This document shows positions 36,684-45,395 of a DNA stretch of 64,000 bases, piece by piece (position 1 is the first letter of the stretch; every line of letters starts with the position of its first letter). The position numbers were made by a program, and so were the translations under genes. The notes beneath the pieces were generated by a model that had not been told where the DNA came from, did no database searches, and was given only the letters and a program-made list of their open reading frames with translations. This DNA comes from Dehalococcoidia bacterium. GTDB lineage: Bacteria > Chloroflexota > Dehalococcoidia > GIF9 > AB-539-J10. The stretch is from the NCBI GenBank assembly GCA_030612025.1, contig JAUWOR010000005.1, positions 32,001-96,000 on the forward strand, read 5' to 3'.

Positions 36684-38957
36684 CTACCCTGACTCTTCCG
36701 TTTCTTCTAACCCAATGCATTCCCTTATCCATTTCATTCCCCAATACCCCAAATTTTTGCTAACTTCAGTGCATTGCTGTTCACGGTGATGTCCATAAGT
36801 ATCTCTTAGCTCCTCGAAGGATTTAAATTGAACTGAGGTTATATCCTTATCCTTAGTGAATATATGCTTAAATCGCTGCTCCCAATTCGGATTGTAAACT
36901 ATGATTTCTCTTAAGTGTGGGGTAGCAATGTAATCTAACCTTCTCTCTGGAGGGAGTAAAAGCAAAACATCTTTTTGCCGCGGTTCTCTCTCTCCTCTTT
37001 CTTTTATACGCTCATTAGCATAATTCTTTATGCCCTCAGGGATACCCCGCCGCCACCAAGCCTCGCCATGGAGGCTTTTCAATTCTTTGGCTATGAAGTT
37101 CCTCAGATTTATTTCTGTATCTCCTAAGAGCCGCCTAATATCTTCATTGCTTAATTTCTTTGGCCTTGGAGGCGTCCAGGTCCGCAGCAGTTCAAGACCA
37201 AATCCATCAAATTCTTCCTTAATCCACCATGTCATTTGTTTAGCGTTTTCAGTCAATGGCCCTTTACCGACTTGCTTCCTAATCGCACTTCGCTCTTCAT
37301 CGGACTTATTTTTTAACTTCGCTATTATGGGGTTGAGTAATTTCTTTGTCTCATCCCGGAACTTGCTCAGGTCTTTTTTCTTATAAATTCCCTCTTGTCC
37401 TGCATACCTTAGGTAAAGCATAAGCTGTCTGAAGATAATAAAAAGTATGCGAACGCCGATATTCGAGCGAAGCCGCCCTTCCTCTCCCTTTTGCCAGTCT
37501 TCAGGGAAGGACACCCTAATGACATCAAAGTATGCTTTCAACCTTTCACAGGCAAAATCGACTGTCGAATCATAATCATCTTTATAAACTAACACCTCAT
37601 TTTTATTAATTAGCCTATTCTCTTTGATTCCCTCGCATACTGTTGTCATTGTCAGATTGGGTATCTCTTTGCCCTTGGGAAGCATACTTGGAATTTTAGT
37701 GTGATTATAAAGAGGTGAGTCACTATCCGAGTTCAATTTCCTAGCTATCAATGAAATAGCCCGTTTAATCTGATGCTCCTCTTCCTCTGAGTCTGCGTAA
37801 ATGACTGGGTATAAATCCCACAGAAGGTTAGGAGTAACTGCTTTTTGCTCCCTATTTATATCAACAAAAAGGTTTGCTTGATCTTTCGGAGATAAAGACT
37901 CGAAGGCAAGAACAGGAACTGTATCCTTCATTTTCCTTTCGTTATTGGCATATCCATATAGTCTATGCTGACCATCAATAATCCAGGCGCTTCCGTAATA
38001 GTGAGGAAATTCAAGCATTCCACACACTACATTTCCTGCCTGTTTTTCCTTCTCAAACCTATGGAAAGTCGGTTTTTGGGTGAAGTTAAGGATGATGTTA
38101 TTTGGGAAATACCCACCTTTTGATATGAATTCATCGATTTTCTTTAAACGAGGTTTTTTAACTATTCTCTGATATGAATCACTGACTTCGCTAGGAGAGC
38201 TCTCTCTGCGATGCACATAAGCAACTTTAAGCAATTCTTCAGGTTTAATAATAAAGCTATAATACTTTGCATCTCCTCTACCACCAAGGATAGCGGGTAC
38301 TTTGATATTCCTTAGGGCTGGGATTTTCTTATTCCTGAATAGGATGGTGTAAATTTGAAATTTTGCACTTGCTCCTAAATGCTTAATAAGGTCACCATAA
38401 GATTTGAGGTCTCCTTCCTTCCACACAGCATTTTGGTTATTTTTAGCGAGAACTTCATTACCTTCACTCCATTTAATACCTCGTGTTGCTATTACAAAAG
38501 AAATTCGAATATGTCTATCATTGTATTTCGCTTTAATCGAAGCGGTAATATCCCTCTTTAAATCGGAGATTTCGTGAATGTCCCTCCGTGAGATTTGTGT
38601 CTCATGGGTGCTAGCTTTACATTCCACAACAAATGCATCGTTTCCACTCTTAGCAAACACATCAATCTGTTTCTGGATCGGCCCTGCCTGTATTCTAAAG
38701 TTTCTGTCTTTATTCATTTCTGCAAAGCCCGTATCGTAAAAAAGCAACCAAACCTCATCTTCTAGCAATTCATCGAGTTCCTTCTCTTTAGATAATCTTG
38801 CCTTATTCTTCGGTTGCTTCGGTTTGAGCTCCCATCCGTGTTGTAAATAGGAATCCCGCGCAGCTTGAGAGACTGTTAGTTCGTGATATTTCTTCTTTCG
38901 TTGTCTCGCAGTTTTATTCAGCTCTTCGTTTTGGACTAAATCTCCGTAGAAGTACAA
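36684..38957 (-). CDS. DGQHR (DndB/ParB-like) protein with an N-terminal PD-(D/E)XK-like nuclease and a C-terminal Swt1/HEPN-like domain
   Basis: QIDVFAK..VVECKAS; YQRIVKKPRL..FPNNIIL..IIDGQHRLYGY..LFVDINREQKAV; EINLRNFI..WW..LDY..LRDTYGH (Rx4H). Confidence 0.85.
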   Translation of the reverse strand: MYFYGDLVQNEELNKTARQRKKKYHELTVSQAARDSYLQHGWELKPKQPKNKARLSKEKELDELLEDEVWLLFYDTGFAEMNKDRNFRIQAGPIQKQIDVFAKSGNDAFVVECKASTHETQISRRDIHEISDLKRDITASIKAKYNDRHIRISFVIATRGIKWSEGNEVLAKNNQNAVWKEGDLKSYGDLIKHLGASAKFQIYTILFRNKKIPALRNIKVPAILGGRGDAKYYSFIIKPEELLKVAYVHRRESSPSEVSDSYQRIVKKPRLKKIDEFISKGGYFPNNIILNFTQKPTFHRFEKEKQAGNVVCGMLEFPHYYGSAWIIDGQHRLYGYANNERKMKDTVPVLAFESLSPKDQANLFVDINREQKAVTPNLLWDLYPVIYADSEEEEHQIKRAISLIARKLNSDSDSPLYNHTKIPSMLPKGKEIPNLTMTTVCEGIKENRLINKNEVLVYKDDYDSTVDFACERLKAYFDVIRVSFPEDWQKGEEGRLRSNIGVRILFIIFRQLMLYLRYAGQEGIYKKKDLSKFRDETKKLLNPIIAKLKNKSDEERSAIRKQVGKGPLTENAKQMTWWIKEEFDGFGLELLRTWTPPRPKKLSNEDIRRLLGDTEINLRNFIAKELKSLHGEAWWRRGIPEGIKNYANERIKERGEREPRQKDVLLLLPPERRLDYIATPHLREIIVYNPNWEQRFKHIFTKDKDITSVQFKSFEELRDTYGHHREQQCTEVSKNLGYWGMKWIRECIGLEETEESG

Positions 38958-39024
38958 TTACTACCTTGCTAATGTGGCTGTTTGCATATCTAGTTTATCA
39001 TATAGCCAAAGCACAAATGGCAAA

Positions 39025-39150
39025 TTAGGTAAGCTCATATTCCTTCTTGGTTTCAAACGGGATTATGTAGCGGTAGCTATCGGGCAAAGGTTTGCCTTCC
39101 TTTAAGCACTGGGTGATAAATTCAATTTCATTCTGGTTTAGTCGTTCCAT
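39025..39150 (-). pseudogene. 5' gene stub, resembling the N-terminus of a type III-like DNA methyltransferase (Mod)
   Basis: MERLNQNEIEFITQCLKEGKPLPDSYRYIIPFETKKEYELT*; second copy at 40260-40412. Family assignment is from recall only. Confidence 0.55.
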
Positions 39151-39323
39151 AAGAATCCCTTGTTCCCGTTAATCCCTTACACTGCTTTGTTGGTGTATTT
39201 GAACTTTGGCTTAAACATCTCTCTTTAATTATATCAGAGCAAGGTCGCTGTTTTGGAGACGGCTTTGACATTTCGACTCAACCTTACCATAGTTCGCCAG
39301 CCCATATAAGCTTAGTAAGCTTC

Positions 39324-39794
39324 TCATCGTTTTTCATATTCGGTGTCTCCTACCAAAACATAATCGCCGATCCATTTTACCTGAGGTAATTTGCCCCTGA
39401 CTGCTTGGTAAAATGGTCTGTCCCCGGTCCAGAGCTCACAACCCTCGCTTTCAGCCAGAGCAAGATAAGAGGCATCGTAAGCAGACAGGTTGTGCTCTAA
39501 CGCTAATTCCAAAATCCTCTCCGGCTCCGCCTCTTTTAATTCTACTCCTAGCTCCAAGAGGGTATCCATAACTTCCAGTGCTTTGTCTGAAGCTAGTCTT
39601 TTCATATTGGTGGCAGTAAGGATGCCGTTTACCACCTCGTAGATTAAAAGATAGGGGGCTATCGCTTTGACAGCTTCTAGGGCATAAAAATCGTTTCTTA
39701 GCGCAGTGGCTTGCGGAATATACTCTTCATCGTCAAGCTGCCATTTCAAGACCACTGAGGTGTCTACGACTACCAGCCTTGGTTCTTGTGGCAT
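39324..39794 (-). CDS. vapC: VapC-family PIN toxin
   Basis: VVDTSVVLKW, YEVVN, LSAYDASYLALAE, LWTGD. Confidence 0.9.
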   Translation of the reverse strand: MPQEPRLVVVDTSVVLKWQLDDEEYIPQATALRNDFYALEAVKAIAPYLLIYEVVNGILTATNMKRLASDKALEVMDTLLELGVELKEAEPERILELALEHNLSAYDASYLALAESEGCELWTGDRPFYQAVRGKLPQVKWIGDYVLVGDTEYEKR

Positions 39795-39799
39795 ATTTT

Positions 39800-40069
39800 C
39801 TATCTCCGCCGGCCTTCCTCAACGAGTTCAGCGGTAGAAATGCCAATGGGGCCTATCTCCTGCCTGAGCTTGTCCATACGAGATAATAAAGCCATCTTAT
39901 TCTTGTCATCGGCCTCAGCGCTTCTCTCGCCATCCCTGACGAGGCGCTCCTCGATAGCCCGGGCACAATAATCAGTCACAGTCATTCCTCGCTTGGCTGC
40001 TGCTACTTTAATCTGTCTCTTAATTTCCTCATCTTCAAGATAGAGGCCAAGCCTTGCTTTGTTTGCCAT
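39800..40069 (-). CDS. Antitoxin (ribbon-helix-helix type), partner of VapC
   Basis: IKRQIKVAAAKRGMTVTDY; C-terminal STAELVEEGR; GGAGGTG RBS before ATG 40069. Confidence 0.8.
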   Translation of the reverse strand: MANKARLGLYLEDEEIKRQIKVAAAKRGMTVTDYCARAIEERLVRDGERSAEADDKNKMALLSRMDKLRQEIGPIGISTAELVEEGRRR

Positions 40070-40088
40070 TTCTATCACCTCCAGGCTA

Positions 40089-40117
40089 AGTTTAACGACA
40101 AAGCAACTTGTCGTCAA
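40089..40117 (-). promoter_or_regulatory. TA promoter with a palindromic operator over the spacer
   Basis: Minus-strand TTGACG-17-TAAACT; inverted repeat ACGACAA-n6-TTGTCGT at 40095-40114. Confidence 0.7.
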
Positions 40118-40259
40118 ATAGCTCTACTTATTCATATGATATGCCACGCTGACTGCTTTCTTGTCGGTTCCTTTTTCCCTGAGATTGCTTCGCTTCGCGC
40201 GCAATGACATCTCTTGTTTGCGGGAAGACCTATAAGCCAGATTATGGGTTCTCTTACCC

Positions 40260-40412
40260 TTATCGCTGGAAGAAAGCAGTTACTGGCGATATGCGGCTGT
40301 CAGTGGACTTTCGAGCAAGCAGGACTATATTGCGATAGCTATCTGGCAAAGGCTTGCCTTCCTTCAAACAATGAGTGATAAATTCAATTTCGCTCTGACT
40401 TAGTCGTTCCAT
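40260..40412 (-). pseudogene. Second 5' stub of the putative Mod gene
   Basis: MERLSQSEIEFITHCLKEGKPLPDSYRNIV, then loss of similarity to the 39150 copy. Confidence 0.55.
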
Positions 40413-40442
40413 TTTCAAACTCCGATAGCAGGAGTGTGAAAA

Positions 40443-40847
40443 TCATTCCTTTGCACCTTGCATCATTTTTAGTAGCGTCCTTTTGGCCTCTGCTACAAAC
40501 TTTCGGGCACAGTCAATTTGCTCCACCGCATCCTCCTCAGTGATTTTAACAAAATCTCCATAGTCAGCATCTTCTCTTATCCCTTTTGCCTCTCTGAGGA
40601 ACTTACTAAATCCTGTGGGGAAAAGCCCAGCTTTTACAATGTGCTGGTTAAACAAAGAAATGACTCCAGAATGTTTACTGCTATCCAGTTCTTTTAATGC
40701 TAAAAGCGCTCTTGCTGAGGTGAACATGGCGTAATAACTCCTATTGACTGCCAAGCTGAAATGTCTTTGTTTGAAAGAATCTTCAGCCTCTTTCAGCATC
40801 TCCTTTGCCTTCTCCAGCCTGTATTTAGCTAAATTTACGTGGCTCAT
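40443..40847 (-). CDS. HEPN-domain protein (MNT-HEPN pair)
   Basis: AVNRSYYAMF, KHSGVISLF, REDADYG. Confidence 0.88.
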   Translation of the reverse strand: MSHVNLAKYRLEKAKEMLKEAEDSFKQRHFSLAVNRSYYAMFTSARALLALKELDSSKHSGVISLFNQHIVKAGLFPTGFSKFLREAKGIREDADYGDFVKITEEDAVEQIDCARKFVAEAKRTLLKMMQGAKE

Positions 40848-41188
40848 AAAAGAATTCCCTCCTTTTCCACATTTTCGAAGAAGAAAGAGCCTAATTCTTT
40901 GTTCTTCTGGTATTCAAATAGGTCGTAAAGAACAGGAGATAGAGGTAAGCCGTATTCGATATCATAATTAGCAGTTATCTCTGCTAATTTACTACGAATA
41001 TATGATGTCTTTTCCTTCACCAGGATAAATATGTCAATATCCGAATCTTGATAGAAATCTCCTCTTGCTTTAGAGCCGAAAAGCCGTATAGATACAATTT
41101 CATCTCCTAATTTTTCTTTTAGCTCTTTTACAAAGGAGTTTATTACTGCTCCTTCTCTTTTATTTAAGCAGCCTAATTCGCTCTCCAT
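40844..41188 (-). CDS. Minimal nucleotidyltransferase (MNT)
   Basis: LFGSKARGD...SDIDI (GS-x10-DxD). Confidence 0.9.
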   Translation of the reverse strand: MESELGCLNKREGAVINSFVKELKEKLGDEIVSIRLFGSKARGDFYQDSDIDIFILVKEKTSYIRSKLAEITANYDIEYGLPLSPVLYDLFEYQKNKELGSFFFENVEKEGILL

Positions 41189-41190
41189 AA

Positions 41191-42012
41191 TTATCCTTGC
41201 CTCTTTAAGTTTAAGAAATTCAACTCGTATTCTTCAATCAGCTTTTCATCGGCAAAGCTAAAGTATCTATTATCGCCTATTATGATATGGTCTAAGACCT
41301 TAATCTGCATAATATTGCCAGCGAAGACTAAATCCTGGGTTATTTGTTTGTCATTATCGCTGGGCTCAGGATTTCCCGCGGGGTGATTGTGGACAAAGAT
41401 TAGAGCGGCAGCATTGTATTTGATGGCCCTCTCGATGATTTCCCGGGGATAGACGGCGCTAGCAGTTAATGTTCCCTCGAAGAGGTCATCCACTTCGATA
41501 ACTTGATTTTGGGCATTGAGGAACATAACTTTGAAGGTCTCTTTTTTGAGGTCTCGCATAGAGAGGTAGAGATAATCGAAAACCTCTTTTGAGGACTTAC
41601 AATAGGGTTTATTAAGAATCTGCTCCTCGAGGAACTTCTGGGATAGTTCCTGTATCAGCTTGATGGCGAAGGCGTTGGCTGGACCAATACCTTTAATCTC
41701 TTGCAGTTCTTCACTAGAAGCGGCTAAAACTCCCCGCAAGGTTTTGAACCTTTTTATTGCTTCTTTGGCCTGTGGTTTGCAATCGCCACGCGTACCACCC
41801 AGGGTCAGTAATAGTTCAACAATCTCGTAATCAAGGAATGCCGCCAGTCCAGACTGATTGAATTTCTCCCGTAGCCGTGCTCTATGCCCTTCCCGTGTTA
41901 ATTGAGGATTGCTTGCCTTAGGCGTCTCCTGAGGTTCCCGTTGCATAACCCCTTTCCCGCTTTTTGGCTGTAAGCCAAGTTTTGTCAATTTTGCCCCCTT
42001 TGGCAAAAGCAA
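41191..42012 (-). CDS. radC: RadC/JAB family protein
   Basis: GHRARLR, HhH KGIGPA, VYPREI, HNHPAGNPEPSDND, VLDHII; true start may be ATG 41946. Confidence 0.93.
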   Translation of the reverse strand: MLLPKGAKLTKLGLQPKSGKGVMQREPQETPKASNPQLTREGHRARLREKFNQSGLAAFLDYEIVELLLTLGGTRGDCKPQAKEAIKRFKTLRGVLAASSEELQEIKGIGPANAFAIKLIQELSQKFLEEQILNKPYCKSSKEVFDYLYLSMRDLKKETFKVMFLNAQNQVIEVDDLFEGTLTASAVYPREIIERAIKYNAAALIFVHNHPAGNPEPSDNDKQITQDLVFAGNIMQIKVLDHIIIGDNRYFSFADEKLIEEYELNFLNLKRQG

Positions 42013-42026
42013 AGAATTCCCCTTTA

Positions 42027-43232
42027 CTATTCGGATGGTTTTGGAGGTTGCACTCTCGCTTGGGTTCTCACCGGCAAACCCCAGATATGAATGAAGCCGG
42101 GAGAGGCGCTCTGGTCAAAGACATCACCTTTATCATAAGTAGCCAGGCTGAAATTGTAGAGGGAATAGGGAGACTTTCTACCCACTATTCGGCAATTACC
42201 TTTGTGAAGCTTGACCTTCACTATGCCAGTAACGTATCTTTGCGAACTTTGCACATAAGCAGCTAAGTCTTGGCGAAGACCGGTAAACCATAATCCATTG
42301 TAAATAAGGTCAGCATATTCGCTAACTACTTTTGCCTTAAAGCGGAGCTGCTCTTTGGTCAGCACCAGATCCTCTAAAGCTTGATGAGCTTTGAGCAGCA
42401 CAGTAGCCGCTGGTGCTTCATAAACCTCCCTCGATTTTATGCCCACTAATCTGTTTTCCACATGGTCAATCCTGCCTATGCCATGCTCACCGGCTAACTC
42501 GTGAATTCTCTGAACAAGCGTGACCCCATCCAATTTTTCGTCATCAAGGCTTACTAGTATTCCTTTTTCAAAACCGATCTCCACATAGCTAGGTTGTCCT
42601 GGTGTTTCTTCAAGTGATTTTGTCCAGGCAAAGACATCCTTGGGAGGCTCACTCCAGGGGTCTTCCAGGGCGCCGCATTCAATGCTCCTTCCCCACAAAT
42701 TTTCGTCAACGGAATATGGGCTAGCCGTTGTAGCTGGAACAGGGATATTATGCTCCTGGGCATAGGCAATTGTTTGCTCTCTGGTCATATTCCACTCCCT
42801 GGCTGGAGCTATCACTTTGAGCTCAGGAGCCAGAGCGGCTATGCTTACATCGAATCTTACTTGGTCGTTGCCCTTGCCGGTGCAGCCATGAGCTACAATG
42901 GTAGCTCCTTCTTTTTTAGCTGTAGCCACTAAAAGTCGGGCGATGAGGGGGCGCCCTAGCGCGGTGGCTAGCGGATATTGACCCTCATAAAGGGCATCAG
43001 CTTGAAGAGCGGGGAAAACAAAGGATTTTATAAAAGTTTCTTTGGCATCAACTACCAGTGCTTTTGTCGCTCCTATATCGAGTGCCTTTTGCCTAATAGC
43101 TTCGAGATTGCTATAGCTACCTATATCCGCAGTAAGAGTAATAACCTTCAGGTTATATCTTTCCTTGAGCCACTTTATGGCTACAGAGGTATCCAGACCA
43201 CCACTGTAAGCTAAAACTGCTTTGTCTGACAT
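42027..43232 (-). CDS. argG: Argininosuccinate synthase
   Basis: LAYSGGLDTS, HGCTGKGNDQVRF, ENRLVGIKSRE; AGGAGG RBS before ATG 43232. Confidence 0.97.
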   Translation of the reverse strand: MSDKAVLAYSGGLDTSVAIKWLKERYNLKVITLTADIGSYSNLEAIRQKALDIGATKALVVDAKETFIKSFVFPALQADALYEGQYPLATALGRPLIARLLVATAKKEGATIVAHGCTGKGNDQVRFDVSIAALAPELKVIAPAREWNMTREQTIAYAQEHNIPVPATTASPYSVDENLWGRSIECGALEDPWSEPPKDVFAWTKSLEETPGQPSYVEIGFEKGILVSLDDEKLDGVTLVQRIHELAGEHGIGRIDHVENRLVGIKSREVYEAPAATVLLKAHQALEDLVLTKEQLRFKAKVVSEYADLIYNGLWFTGLRQDLAAYVQSSQRYVTGIVKVKLHKGNCRIVGRKSPYSLYNFSLATYDKGDVFDQSASPGFIHIWGLPVRTQARVQPPKPSE

Positions 43233-43252
43233 CTTACCTCCTATTGTCATTG

Positions 43253-43384
43253 AGCCCGTTTAATTTTGATTCCCCGTTCAATTTCAGCCATCTCGGACGT
43301 GTTTCACCCCCAAATTTTTGTAGTTGCCTGATTTATCAGGCACGGTCGCCCAATAAATTGGGCAACTACATTTTTAAACACCCT
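43253..43384 (-). mobile_element. 132-bp MITE-like element, copy 3
   Basis: Reverse complement of 10420-10551; same length, a few substitutions. Confidence 0.8.
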
Positions 43385-43435
43385 CTCATTATAAGAACCT
43401 GTGAAGCGATTCCCAGATGTGATGAGATTGCTTCA

Positions 43436-44692
43436 CTACGCTCGCAATGACATTAAAGTATCTTCTAAAATGTCAATCGCCTTGCCCACCTCCCTTTCGG
43501 TAATAATGAGGGGGGGCATAAAACGGATAGTGTTTGGCTTCACTTTGTTAACTAGCAAGCCCCTTTTTAAACAAGCCAAGGCTATTTCCTCAGCGATTTC
43601 ACCCTTGAATTCCAAAGCTATTAGGAGTCCTCTACCCCTCACCTGAGTGATGAAATCAAATTGCTGCTTCAAGCTCTCCAGCTTAGCCATAAAATACTTT
43701 CCCACCTGTTTAACCTTTCCCGGTATATCATCCTCGATAATGTATTTCATGGTGGCGTAAGCAGCAGCGCAAGCTAAAGGATTACCACCAAAGGTAGAAC
43801 CATGCTCACCAGGGGCAAAGACAGAAGCATGCTCTTTGGCTAAGAAAGCACCGATAGGCACACCGCTGCCTAATCCCTTAGCTAGAGTCATTATGTCTGG
43901 CTCCACATTATATTGCTCATAGGCAAAAAGCGTTCCTGTTCGACCAATGCCTGTCTGGATTTCATCCAGAATAAGGAGAATACCCTTTTCGTGACACCAT
44001 TCCTCTACCTCCTTAAGGTAGTTGTCGTCTGGCACATTGACTCCGCCTTCGCCCTGGATTGGCTCTAGCATTACACCGCAGGTGCGGGCGGTAGTGGCTG
44101 CTCTGATTTTTTCTACATCGTTGTAATCAACATTGATGAAACCGGTGGGCAAAGGTATGTAGGGCTGCTGGAATTTACTTTGACCCGTGGCAGCAGTCAT
44201 AGCTAAAGTTCGCCCGTGGAAGGAACTATGAGTGGTGATAATATCATAAGCACCATTGAGGCGGAGCTTCCCATATCTGCGGGCTAGTTTCACGGCACCC
44301 TCGTTAGCCTCAGCGCCGCTATTACAGAAGAAAACCCTATCGAGGCAACTATTCTGTATCAAGATTTGGGCTAATTGTATCTGTGGAATGGTATAAAATT
44401 GATTCGAGGCCTGTATAAGGGTTTTAGCCTGCTTCTCCAAAGCTTCAACTACCACTGGTGGGCAGTGACCCAGGCTATCGACTGCCCAACCACCAACAAG
44501 GTCGAGGTATTTTTTGCCTTGATCATCCCAGACCCAAGCTCCTTCACCTCGAACCAAGGTCACAGGAAACCTGTTAAACGTTCTGAGAAACAACTTTTGC
44601 TCTAATTCTTGCCAGTTATCGTGGTACAATGCTTGTTCCTCCACTCTCTTTTTCAACCTCCTTGAGCAAAGCGTGAGGCATTCTGCCGTCAA
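43436..44692 (-). CDS. argD: Acetylornithine aminotransferase
   Basis: NSGAEANE, FHGRT, EPIQGEGG, DEIQTG, TLAKGLG; the ORF-track start overlaps argB, so the true start is probably downstream. Confidence 0.93.
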   Translation of the reverse strand: MTAECLTLCSRRLKKRVEEQALYHDNWQELEQKLFLRTFNRFPVTLVRGEGAWVWDDQGKKYLDLVGGWAVDSLGHCPPVVVEALEKQAKTLIQASNQFYTIPQIQLAQILIQNSCLDRVFFCNSGAEANEGAVKLARRYGKLRLNGAYDIITTHSSFHGRTLAMTAATGQSKFQQPYIPLPTGFINVDYNDVEKIRAATTARTCGVMLEPIQGEGGVNVPDDNYLKEVEEWCHEKGILLILDEIQTGIGRTGTLFAYEQYNVEPDIMTLAKGLGSGVPIGAFLAKEHASVFAPGEHGSTFGGNPLACAAAYATMKYIIEDDIPGKVKQVGKYFMAKLESLKQQFDFITQVRGRGLLIALEFKGEIAEEIALACLKRGLLVNKVKPNTIRFMPPLIITEREVGKAIDILEDTLMSLRA

Positions 44693-45395
44693 TGATGCGT
44701 ACCACAGGCACTGTAGTCAAGGCTTTGAGGCTAGCCTCTATTTTAGGGACCATTCCACCGGAGATTATGCCGTTGGTAAGCATTTTTCTCGCCTCAGCAG
44801 CACTAAGCCTGGATAGCGTTTTGCCTGAGTCATCGTGTATGCCATCAACATCGGTCAAAAATATAAGTTTCTCAGCAGCCAAGGCAGCGGCAATTTCTCC
44901 AGCAGCAGCATCCCCATTAATATTAAGCAGCATTGTCCTGTTCCCAACTAAGCCAAAACTTACTGGTGCCACCACGGGCATATAGCCTTTTTCTAATAAC
45001 GTCCTTAAAGGGCTGGGGTCAACAGCCACAATCTCACCAACATAACCTAGTTCAGGGTTCTTCATAGTTGACCAGAGCAAATTGCCATCAGCACCGCTTA
45101 AACCAACTGCCTTCCCCTCCAAAGCTTGAATGGCTACTACCAATTCTTTATTAACTAAGCCGCCAAACACTGCAGCCACTACCTTTAAAGTCTCAGCATC
45201 GGTAACTCTTAATCCTTTTATGAAGCTGGTGGAGATACCAAGCCTGGCAAGCCACTCAGAAGCCACTTGACCACCACCATGAACCACAACTAGGGATTTT
45301 CCTTGTTTTTGAAGCTCTACCAGGTCTTCCAAGGTGGTGTCCTGATTGCCCAAAATGCTGCCACCAATCTTTACTACAATAGTATTCTTCTGCAT
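44616..45395 (-). CDS. argB: Acetylglutamate kinase
   Basis: VVKIGG, VHGGG, GLRVTD, NINGD, GGMVPK. Confidence 0.95.
   Translation of the reverse strand: MQKNTIVVKIGGSILGNQDTTLEDLVELQKQGKSLVVVHGGGQVASEWLARLGISTSFIKGLRVTDAETLKVVAAVFGGLVNKELVVAIQALEGKAVGLSGADGNLLWSTMKNPELGYVGEIVAVDPSPLRTLLEKGYMPVVAPVSFGLVGNRTMLLNINGDAAAGEIAAALAAEKLIFLTDVDGIHDDSGKTLSRLSAAEARKMLTNGIISGGMVPKIEASLKALTTVPVVRIIDGRMPHALLKEVEKESGGTSIVPR

Noticed and set aside
36684-38957. Classical Dnd phosphorothioation or Dpd locus
   Set aside because: Only a DGQHR domain is present; there is no cysteine desulfurase, DndC/D/E or TGT-like gene in the window.
43244-43646. Plus-strand 68-aa and 81-aa ORFs
   Set aside because: They derive from the MITE/REP sequence and the antisense strand of argD.
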